This document shows, piece by piece, positions 19,707 to 27,400 of a stretch of 41,065 nucleotides of DNA (within the stretch, counting starts at the first letter, position 1; every line of letters begins with the position of its first letter). Location of the stretch: the NCBI GenBank assembly GCA_045615405.1, contig JAZLET010000022.1, forward strand, positions 1-41,065, in the 5' to 3' direction. Position numbers and translations under genes: made by a program. This stretch comes from Candidatus Fimenecus sp. GTDB taxonomy: Bacteria; Bacillota; Clostridia; Oscillospirales; Acutalibacteraceae. The notes under the pieces were generated by a model. The model did not search any database and was not told where the DNA came from. It saw only the letters and a program-made list of their open reading frames with translations.

Positions 19707-20585
19707 ATGAATTATATAATTATGGACCTTGAGTGGAATAACTCATATATGAAATCTACTCAAAAATTTATAAATGAAATTATTGAAATTGGTGCTGTAA
19801 AGCTTGATGAGAATTTAAATGAAATTGGTACTTTTTCTGAACTTATTAAGCCTATTGTTTCAAGAAAACTTCGCTCTAAAATTAAAAACTTAACACATAT
19901 TACTAATGATGATATTAAAGCGGGTAAGCCATTTTCAAAGGTGATATCTGATTTTGAAAAGTGGGTAGGGGACGATGCAGTGTTTCTTACTTGGGGTGAT
20001 ACCGATATAAGAACGCTTTTAACAAACCTTAAAGTATTTTTGAAAAGGGAAGATATTAGTTTTATTAGAAAATATGGTGATTTACAAAGATATTGCCAAT
20101 GCTTTATAAATATGGAAAATATTCAACAAGCTGGACTTTCTTATGCTGCAACTTGCCTTGAAATTGACCCTGAAAAATATCCTCACCATAGAGCTTTAGA
20201 CGATAGTCGCTTAAGTGCAGAGTGTTTTAAGAAGACTTTTAATGCTGAAAAACTTAATGAGTTTATTAAAGAGTGTAATGAAGATTTTTATGCTCGTCTT
20301 GCATTCCATCCTTATGTAATTAAGCATAAAGACGACCCATTAATAGATAAAAATATTTTTAATTGTTATTGTGACATTTGTGGCGGTAAGGTTAAAACTA
20401 TAAAAAAATGGAAATTTAATAATCAATCGTTTAGAGGTATTTTCTTTTGCGAAAAATGTAACCGTGAATTTAGGGTGAGTCTTAGAATTAAAAAGTTTTA
20501 TGACTATATTGATATTAAACGAAACTATACTGAAATAATCCGTACTGACGATAAAAAAGAACAACCACAAGAAGATAATACATAA
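19707..20585 (+). CDS. DEDDh 3'-5' exonuclease (KapD/ERI-like) with C-terminal CxxC...CxxC zinc ribbon
   Basis: MDLEWN (ExoI), IIEIGAV, WGDTD, HRALDDS (ExoIII) and a CDICGG ... CEKCNREF tail. Confidence 0.7.
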   Translation: MNYIIMDLEWNNSYMKSTQKFINEIIEIGAVKLDENLNEIGTFSELIKPIVSRKLRSKIKNLTHITNDDIKAGKPFSKVISDFEKWVGDDAVFLTWGDTDIRTLLTNLKVFLKREDISFIRKYGDLQRYCQCFINMENIQQAGLSYAATCLEIDPEKYPHHRALDDSRLSAECFKKTFNAEKLNEFIKECNEDFYARLAFHPYVIKHKDDPLIDKNIFNCYCDICGGKVKTIKKWKFNNQSFRGIFFCEKCNREFRVSLRIKKFYDYIDIKRNYTEIIRTDDKKEQPQEDNT

Positions 20586-20588
20586 AAA

Positions 20589-20614
20589 AAGACCTACTCA
20601 TAAGAGTAGGTCTT
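20589..20614. terminator. bidirectional rho-independent terminator
   Basis: 11-bp stem AAGACCTACTC/GAGTAGGTCTT with a 4-nt loop, an A-run upstream and a T-rich stretch downstream. It lies between convergent genes. Confidence 0.8.
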
Positions 20615-20629
20615 AATATTTTACTTTAT

Positions 20630-21793
20630 TTATTTAATGACACGAATTCTAATAATTCCATTAATCTTTTTAAGGGCATTAATTGCTTCAACAGACGCTT
20701 CACTATCTGAATCAATAACTGTATAAGCGTATTCACCCTTTGATTTATTAACCATATTATCAATATTAACATCTTCGTTTGCAAGTCCTGAAGTAATCTT
20801 GCTTACAATACCTGAAGTGTTTTTATGCATAATTGTAATACGGTGTTTATCGCAAGGTGCAAGTGTAACAGCAGGGTAGTTAACAGAATTTATAATACTA
20901 CCATTTTCAAGATAACTTGCAACTTGTTCAACTGCCATAACTGCACAGTTATCTTCGGATTCAGGGGTAGATGCACCAAGGTGTGGGATGGCAATAACAC
21001 CAGTTGCGCCAATAACAGCATCGTTAGGAAAATCAGTTACATATGCAGCAACCTTGCCATTTTCAAGTGCAGTAAGAATGCTTTCAGTATCAACAAGCTC
21101 ACCACGAGCAAAGTTAAGAATTCTAACTTCATCTTTCATAGTACCAATTGTGTCAGCATTAATTAACCCTCTTGTGCTATCGTTAAGTGGCAAGTGAAGA
21201 GTAATATAATCGCTTTCGGTATATATAGTGCTAAGATTATCGGTCAATTTAACATATTTATTAAGACTATCATTTTTCTCAGCCGAAAAATAAGGGTCAT
21301 AACCAATTACATTCATACCAAGTGTTGCAGCAGCGTTTGCTACAAGAATACCAATAGCGCCGAGGCCGATAACACCAAGTGTTTTACCTTTAATTTCAGG
21401 ACCTGCAAAAGCACCTTTGCCTTTTTCAACGTCTTTTGGTACAGTGTCACCATTACCTTTTAATGTTTTTGCCCATTCAATAGCTGGAATGATTTTTCTT
21501 GATGAAAGGAAAAGACCTGTTAAAACAAGCTCTTTAACTGCATTTGCATTAGCACCAGGGGTGTTAAATACAACGATACCTGCTTCGCTACATTTATCAA
21601 TTGGAATATTGTTAACGCCTGCACCAGCTCTTGCAATAGCAAGTGTGTTTGGCTCAAACTCCATATCGTGCATTGATGCTGAACGAACAAGAATAGCATC
21701 AGGATTTACCATTTCAGTAGCACAGTTATATTTATCACTAAAACGGCAAAGACCAGTTTCAGAAATTTTATTTAAAGTTAAAATGTTATACAT
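20630..21793 (-). CDS. serA: D-3-phosphoglycerate dehydrogenase (with C-terminal ACT domain)
   Basis: NAD fold GVIGLGAIG, catalytic-region pattern LNFARGELVD, 387 aa. Adjacent to serC. Confidence 0.85.
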   Translation of the reverse strand: MYNILTLNKISETGLCRFSDKYNCATEMVNPDAILVRSASMHDMEFEPNTLAIARAGAGVNNIPIDKCSEAGIVVFNTPGANANAVKELVLTGLFLSSRKIIPAIEWAKTLKGNGDTVPKDVEKGKGAFAGPEIKGKTLGVIGLGAIGILVANAAATLGMNVIGYDPYFSAEKNDSLNKYVKLTDNLSTIYTESDYITLHLPLNDSTRGLINADTIGTMKDEVRILNFARGELVDTESILTALENGKVAAYVTDFPNDAVIGATGVIAIPHLGASTPESEDNCAVMAVEQVASYLENGSIINSVNYPAVTLAPCDKHRITIMHKNTSGIVSKITSGLANEDVNIDNMVNKSKGEYAYTVIDSDSEASVEAINALKKINGIIRIRVIK

Positions 21794-21804
21794 ACTAAAT
21801 CTCC

Positions 21805-22887
21805 TTATGAATTTGCTTTTTCAAATTCAGCCATAAATTCTACAAGTTTTTCTACACCTTCAACAGGCATAGCATTGTAGATAGATGCTCTCATACCACC
21901 AACTGAACGATGCCCCTTAAGGTTAACAAAACCTGCTTCAGTTGCTTCTTTAATAAATTTTGCATTAAGTTCTTCGCTGTCAGTAACAAAAGGAACATTC
22001 ATAAGTGAGCGGTCTTCAGGAACAACAGTACCCTTGAACATCTTACTGTTATCAAGGAAATCATAAAGAATTTTTGCTTTCTTTTCGTTTCTTTCTTTAA
22101 TAGCTGTGAGTCCGCCCATTTCCTTAAGCCACTCAAGAACAAGCTTACAAATGTAAATTGTATAGCAAGGTGGAGTATTGTAAAGAGAATCGTTGTCAGC
22201 CATAATTTGATAATTAAGCATAGTTGGTGTAATATCACGAGCGTTACCGAGCATATCTTCACGAATAATGCAAATTGTAAGACCTGCAGGAGCAACGTTC
22301 TTTTGTGCACCACCATAAACCATTGCAAATTTAGAAACATCAATTGGTTCTGAAAGGAAGCAAGATGAAACATCCGCAATAAGTGGAACATCACCTGTAT
22401 CAGGAAGCTCATGATAAACTGTACCATAAATTGTATTGTTCATACAAATGTAGAAATAGTCAGCATCCTTTGTAAATTCATCTTTATTGAGCTTTGGAAT
22501 ATATGAGAATGTCTTATCCGCTGAAGATGCTACTGCTTTACATTCGCCGTATTTTTGAGCTTCTTGATATGCTTTCTTTGCCCATTGACCAGTAATTACA
22601 AAGTCAGCCTTACCATTCTTATTCATAAAGTTGAGGGGAATAGCTGCAAACTGTGTTGAAGCACCGCCTTGTAAGAACAATACCTTGTAATTGTCAGGAA
22701 TATTCATAAGCTCACGAAGAAGTTGTTCGGCACCTTTAATGATTGAGTCGTAAACCTTTGAACGGTGACTCATTTCCATAACTGATTGTCCGCTACCTTC
22801 ATAATCAAGCATTTCTGCCGCTGCTTTTTTCAATACCTCTTCAGGAAGCATTGAAGGACCTGCTGAAAAATTATAAACTCTTGCCAT
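21805..22887 (-). CDS. serC: phosphoserine aminotransferase
   Basis: YNFSAGPSMLP N-terminus, 360 aa. ATG 22887 follows GGAGG, so the ORF-track start 22902 is unlikely. Confidence 0.9.
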   Translation of the reverse strand: MARVYNFSAGPSMLPEEVLKKAAAEMLDYEGSGQSVMEMSHRSKVYDSIIKGAEQLLRELMNIPDNYKVLFLQGGASTQFAAIPLNFMNKNGKADFVITGQWAKKAYQEAQKYGECKAVASSADKTFSYIPKLNKDEFTKDADYFYICMNNTIYGTVYHELPDTGDVPLIADVSSCFLSEPIDVSKFAMVYGGAQKNVAPAGLTICIIREDMLGNARDITPTMLNYQIMADNDSLYNTPPCYTIYICKLVLEWLKEMGGLTAIKERNEKKAKILYDFLDNSKMFKGTVVPEDRSLMNVPFVTDSEELNAKFIKEATEAGFVNLKGHRSVGGMRASIYNAMPVEGVEKLVEFMAEFEKANS

Positions 22888-22950
22888 TAAAATGACCTCC
22901 AAAATTAAATTACATTATAATATTATGTTAAAAAAATAAACATTGACGGA

Positions 22951-22980
22951 ATTATATCAAAAATTAATATAAAAAGTCAA
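22951..22980 (-). promoter_or_regulatory. sigma-A-type promoter for serC-serA
   Basis: Minus strand: TTGACT (22975-22980), 18-nt spacer, TGaTATAAT extended -10 (22951-22956). Confidence 0.55.
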
Positions 22981-23100
22981 TAGATAGTTAAGAATTTAAC
23001 AAAGTTTTTTATAAAAATGAATATAAAACGCGAAAAGTTGTTAATATTTTTAACAATCTTGCAAAATTATGATAAAAATCAAAAAAATTCTCTCTAATTC

Positions 23101-23129
23101 TTGAAGTAATTAATAATTTATTATATAAT
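23101..23129 (+). promoter_or_regulatory. sigma-A-type promoter for lon
   Basis: TTGAAG (23101-23106), exactly 17-nt spacer, consensus TATAAT (23124-23129). Confidence 0.6.
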
Positions 23130-23161
23130 ATAAATTCATAATAGGAGTGATATATTCAAAA

Positions 23162-25513
23162 ATGGAAAACACAAAAAACTTATTTAACGAATTTAATGAA
23201 AAATCCTTTTCAATGCCAATGGTTGCATTGAGAGGGCTTGTAATATTTCCTGAAATGACCTTGCACTTTGATGTTGGAAGGTCTAAGTCAATTCGTGCTG
23301 TTAAGAATGCAATGGAAAAGAAAACAAATATTTTTCTTGCAACTCAAATGGATATTGAATGTGACGACCCACGCTATGACGATATTTATAAGTCAGGTGT
23401 TGTTTGTGAGATTAAGCAGGTTATGAAATTGCCTGGTACTGATACACTTCGTGTTGTTGTATATGGTCTTTATCGTGCTGAACTTTTACATATCAATTCT
23501 ATGAATCCACATCTTTCTGCAATTGTTCGTAGAATAGAAACTGAAGAAGTATCAATTGAAGATAAAAAGTACGAAGAAGCACTTGTGCGTCGTCTGGTTA
23601 GTATTTTTGATGATTATGCATATTTTGTACCAAAACTTCCACCTGATATTGTTGTAGGCGTTTCAGTACGAAAAGAAGCAGCGGAAATTACCGACTACAT
23701 TCTTTCTAACATTCCTCTTGAATGTTCAATTAAACAAGCGTTGCTTGAAGAACTTAATCCATTAAAGAGAGCCGAAAGTCTTTGCTTAATTCTTACAAAA
23801 GAAATTGAACTTTTGACCATTGAGGAAGAAATCAATCAAAAGGTTCAAGACCAAATGGAGGAGAATCAACGGGAGTATTATCTTCGTGAACAAATTAAAG
23901 CCATTTCCGAAGAATTGAATGAAGGTGATGGTGCAATTTCCGAGTCTGAAGATTTTAAAGAAAAAATTCGCGCAATCGGTTTTTCAGAAGATGTTGAACG
24001 CAAACTTTTAAAAGAGTGCGACCGCCTTATGAAAATGCAATCTTCAAGCCCAGAATCAGCTGTCGTGAGAAATTATCTTGACAAGATTATTTCTTTACCT
24101 TGGAGCTTTTGTACTGAAGAAAATCTCCAAATTGAACATGCTGAAAATGTTCTTGATGAAGACCATTATGGCCTTCAAGACGTTAAAGAAAGAATTATTG
24201 AATTTTTAGCAGTTCGTAAAATTAATCCAAACGTTAAAGGTCAAATTATTTGTCTTGCTGGTCCTCCAGGTGTTGGTAAAACATCTATTGCGCGTTCCCT
24301 TGCTAATGCTATGGGTAGAAACTATGCTCGTATTTCTCTTGGCGGTGTACGTGATGAAGCTGATATTCGCGGTCATAGAAAAACTTATATTGGTTCAATG
24401 CCAGGTAGAATTATTGAGGCAATTGAAAATGCTAAGAGTTCAAATCCTTTAATTTTACTTGATGAGGTTGATAAGCTTGGTTCGGACCATCGTGGTGACC
24501 CATCTTCTGCACTTTTAGAAGTGCTTGATGCCGAACAAAATAGTACTTTTACTGACCACTATCTTGAAATTCCTTATGATTTAAGTAAGGTAATGTTTAT
24601 AACAACTGCAAATGATAAGAGTAAAATACCGGCACCACTTCTTGATAGAATGGAAATAATTGATATTCCTGGTTATACATACGAGGAAAAATTCAACATT
24701 GCTAAAAAGCATCTTGTGCCAAAACAAATTGCTGCAAACGGACTTAAAAAATCATATGTAAAATTTACTGATAAAGCACTTAAGGCAATAATCAGTGGTT
24801 ACACTAAAGAAGCAGGTGTGCGTACACTTGAAAAGACAATAGCAAAGATTTTGCGTAAAATTGCTGTTCAATATGCAAAGGGGTTTGATGGGAAAATTAC
24901 AGTTAAAGATACCGATTTAGTGCAATATATTGGCGCAGTTAAATTTAAACCTGATGAAAAGTCAAAGGTTAATCAAGTTGGCGTTGTTAACGGACTTGCT
25001 TACACTTCCGTTGGTGGCACAATGCTTACAGTTGAGGTTGCAGTTATGGATGGTACTGGCAAACTTGAGTTAACTGGTTCATTAGGTGAAGTGATTAAAG
25101 AGTCAGCAAAAGCGGCAATTAGTTATATTAGAGCGAATGCTGATAAATATAGAATTGATAAAGATTTTTATCAAAATAAAGATATTCATATTCATTTTCC
25201 TGAAGGTGCCGTACCAAAAGATGGCCCATCAGCAGGTGTAACTATTTTTACAGCTCTAGTATCTGCGTTGTCAGGTTGCAAAGTGAAAGCTGATGTTGCT
25301 ATGACTGGTGAAATCACTATTACTGGTCGCGTATTACCTATTGGTGGTCTTCGTGAAAAAACAATGGCGGCTTATGTTGAGGGAATTAAAACTGTTGTTA
25401 TTCCTGAAGCGAATCGTAGTGATTTAGATAAAGTTGATGAAAAGGTTAAAGAAAAAATCAATTTTGTATTTGCATCAACAGGTGATGACGTGATTAAAGT
25501 TGCACTTGTATAA
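23162..25513 (+). CDS. lon: ATP-dependent Lon protease (LonA)
   Basis: LON N-domain, Walker A GPPGVGKTS, protease PKDGPSAG. The start is ambiguous. GTG 23147 overlaps the AGGAG, so ATG 23162 is preferred. Confidence 0.9.
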   Translation: MENTKNLFNEFNEKSFSMPMVALRGLVIFPEMTLHFDVGRSKSIRAVKNAMEKKTNIFLATQMDIECDDPRYDDIYKSGVVCEIKQVMKLPGTDTLRVVVYGLYRAELLHINSMNPHLSAIVRRIETEEVSIEDKKYEEALVRRLVSIFDDYAYFVPKLPPDIVVGVSVRKEAAEITDYILSNIPLECSIKQALLEELNPLKRAESLCLILTKEIELLTIEEEINQKVQDQMEENQREYYLREQIKAISEELNEGDGAISESEDFKEKIRAIGFSEDVERKLLKECDRLMKMQSSSPESAVVRNYLDKIISLPWSFCTEENLQIEHAENVLDEDHYGLQDVKERIIEFLAVRKINPNVKGQIICLAGPPGVGKTSIARSLANAMGRNYARISLGGVRDEADIRGHRKTYIGSMPGRIIEAIENAKSSNPLILLDEVDKLGSDHRGDPSSALLEVLDAEQNSTFTDHYLEIPYDLSKVMFITTANDKSKIPAPLLDRMEIIDIPGYTYEEKFNIAKKHLVPKQIAANGLKKSYVKFTDKALKAIISGYTKEAGVRTLEKTIAKILRKIAVQYAKGFDGKITVKDTDLVQYIGAVKFKPDEKSKVNQVGVVNGLAYTSVGGTMLTVEVAVMDGTGKLELTGSLGEVIKESAKAAISYIRANADKYRIDKDFYQNKDIHIHFPEGAVPKDGPSAGVTIFTALVSALSGCKVKADVAMTGEITITGRVLPIGGLREKTMAAYVEGIKTVVIPEANRSDLDKVDEKVKEKINFVFASTGDDVIKVALV

Positions 25514-25523
25514 AGAGGTAGTT

Positions 25524-26111
25524 ATGAGATACGATAAAGCAGAATTTAAAGCAGCATACGGTACTTTTAGTCAGTTGCCTGAGAGTGATTTACCTGAAAT
25601 TGCTTTTGCAGGGCGTTCAAATGTTGGAAAGAGTTCATTGCTTAATAAACTTTTTGGACGAAAAAATCTTGCAAGGGTAAGCTCTGTACCGGGTAAGACG
25701 ATTACAATTAATTTTTACCAGGTTGACGAATATAATTTTGTTGACTTGCCTGGATACGGATATGCAAAAGTTGCAAAAACTGAAAAAGACCGTTGGACAG
25801 AAATGATGGAAGGTTATTTCAATTCTAACCGTAATATTAAACTTGTTGTACAACTTGTTGATATGCGCCATCCACCGTCTAAAGATGACATTATGATGAT
25901 GGAATTTTTACAGTCAACAGGGTATGAGTTTATAGTTGTAATGACAAAGGCGGACAAGCTTAAAAAGAAAAAAGATTACAATGAACGAGTTGAAAAGTCT
26001 AAGCAAGAAATGAGCTTTGTGCCAGAAGAGAGAATCATTCCATTCTCATCTGAAAATGGACAAGGTCTTGACATAGTAAAAAAATACATTGAAGAATATT
26101 TAGGAGAATAA
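25524..26111 (+). CDS. engB: ribosome biogenesis GTP-binding protein EngB/YsxC
   Basis: GRSNVGKSSLLN, DLPGYGY and TKADK motifs. It follows lon, as in many Firmicutes. Confidence 0.9.
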   Translation: MRYDKAEFKAAYGTFSQLPESDLPEIAFAGRSNVGKSSLLNKLFGRKNLARVSSVPGKTITINFYQVDEYNFVDLPGYGYAKVAKTEKDRWTEMMEGYFNSNRNIKLVVQLVDMRHPPSKDDIMMMEFLQSTGYEFIVVMTKADKLKKKKDYNERVEKSKQEMSFVPEERIIPFSSENGQGLDIVKKYIEEYLGE

Positions 26112-26114
26112 AAA

Positions 26115-27386
26115 ATGAGCAAAGTACCATTTACAACAAAAGAAAAATTAGAAGAAATTGCAAAGGTGTATCCTACACCATTCCATCTTTATGATGAGGC
26201 GGGGATTCGCAAAAATGCTGAAGACCTTAAAAAAGCATTTGCTTGGAATAAAGGCTTTAAAGAATATTTTGCAGTAAAAGCAACTCCAAACCCATTCCTT
26301 ATTAACATTTTAAGAGAATATGGATGCGGTTGTGACTGCTCATCAGTTACCGAACTTATGCTTTCAAAGGCAATCGGTGCAGTAGGTGATGATATTATGT
26401 TTTCATCAAATGATACTCCACCTGCAGAATTTAAGTATGCTGACGATTTAGGTGCTATTATCAACCTTGACGATATTACACATATTGATATTCTTGAAAA
26501 AACTTTAGGATATCTTCCTAAGAAGCTTTCTTGCCGTTATAATCCAGGTGGATATTTCTCAATTGCGAATAACATTATGGATAACCCAGGTGATGCAAAA
26601 TACGGTATGACAACTGAACAACTCTTTGAAGCATTTAAGATTATGAAATCTAAAGGTGTTGAAGAGTTTGGTATTCACGCTTTCCTTGCAAGTAATACGG
26701 TGACAAATGAGTATTACCCAACACTTGCAAAAACTCTTTTTGAAGTTGCAGTTAAACTTAAAGAAGAAACAGGTGCACATATTAAATTTATCAATCTTTC
26801 AGGAGGTATTGGTATTCCTTACCGTCCTGACCAAGAAGGCAACGATATCTTTGAAATCGGTAAAGGCGTAGAAAAAGTATATAATGAAGTTCTTGCTCCT
26901 GCAGGTATGGATGATGTTGCAATTTATACTGAACTTGGTCGTTTTATGTTAGCTCCTTATGGTGCACTTATAACTCGTGCTATTAATGAAAAACATACTC
27001 ATAAAGAGTATATTGGTGTAGACGCTTGTGCAGTTAATCTTATGCGTCCTGCAATTTATGGTGCATATCATCATATTACTGTTATGGGTAAAGAAAATGA
27101 GCCATGCGATTATAAATATGATGTAACAGGCTCGCTTTGTGAAAACAATGATAAGTTTGCAATTGATAGAATGTTGCCAAAAATCCAAATGGGCGACTTG
27201 CTCTTTATTCACGATACAGGTGCTCATGGTTTTGCTATGGGTTATAACTATAATGGTAAACTTAAATCAGCTGAAATTCTTCTTAAAGAAGATGGCAGTT
27301 TTGATTTAATCCGTCGTGCTGAAACTCCAGCTGACTATTTCGCAACATTTGATTGCTTTGATTTTTATAAAAAAGTTACTGAATAG
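26115..27386 (+). CDS. lysA: diaminopimelate decarboxylase (Orn/DAP/Arg decarboxylase family 2)
   Basis: TPFHLYD, PLP-lysine FAVKATPNP, SGGIGIPY, and CENND near the C-terminus. Confidence 0.72.
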   Translation: MSKVPFTTKEKLEEIAKVYPTPFHLYDEAGIRKNAEDLKKAFAWNKGFKEYFAVKATPNPFLINILREYGCGCDCSSVTELMLSKAIGAVGDDIMFSSNDTPPAEFKYADDLGAIINLDDITHIDILEKTLGYLPKKLSCRYNPGGYFSIANNIMDNPGDAKYGMTTEQLFEAFKIMKSKGVEEFGIHAFLASNTVTNEYYPTLAKTLFEVAVKLKEETGAHIKFINLSGGIGIPYRPDQEGNDIFEIGKGVEKVYNEVLAPAGMDDVAIYTELGRFMLAPYGALITRAINEKHTHKEYIGVDACAVNLMRPAIYGAYHHITVMGKENEPCDYKYDVTGSLCENNDKFAIDRMLPKIQMGDLLFIHDTGAHGFAMGYNYNGKLKSAEILLKEDGSFDLIRRAETPADYFATFDCFDFYKKVTE

Positions 27387-27400
27387 TATGAGGTAATATT

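Noticed and set aside
21417-21836. Long antisense ORFs inside serA (21417-21836), UPF0210 (33909-34286), the ACT gene (35175-35537) and others on the track
   Set aside because: They lie entirely within strongly supported genes on the opposite strand. They have low-complexity or unrecognisable translations and no ribosome-binding sites, so they are typical shadow ORFs.
22905-22935. dif-like XerD arm (TTATGTTAAAA) in the serC-lon intergenic region
   Set aside because: Only the right arm resembles dif, and the left arm and central region do not fit. The site lies in a promoter leader, and the local gene orientation does not show a terminus-type strand switch.
22970-22992. CtsR-box-like AGTCAAT-N-AGTTAAG upstream of lon
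   Set aside because: It is a poor match to the (A/G)GTCAAA-NAN-(A/G)GTCAAA direct repeat. The AGTCAA is better explained as the -35 (TTGACT) of the minus-strand serC promoter.
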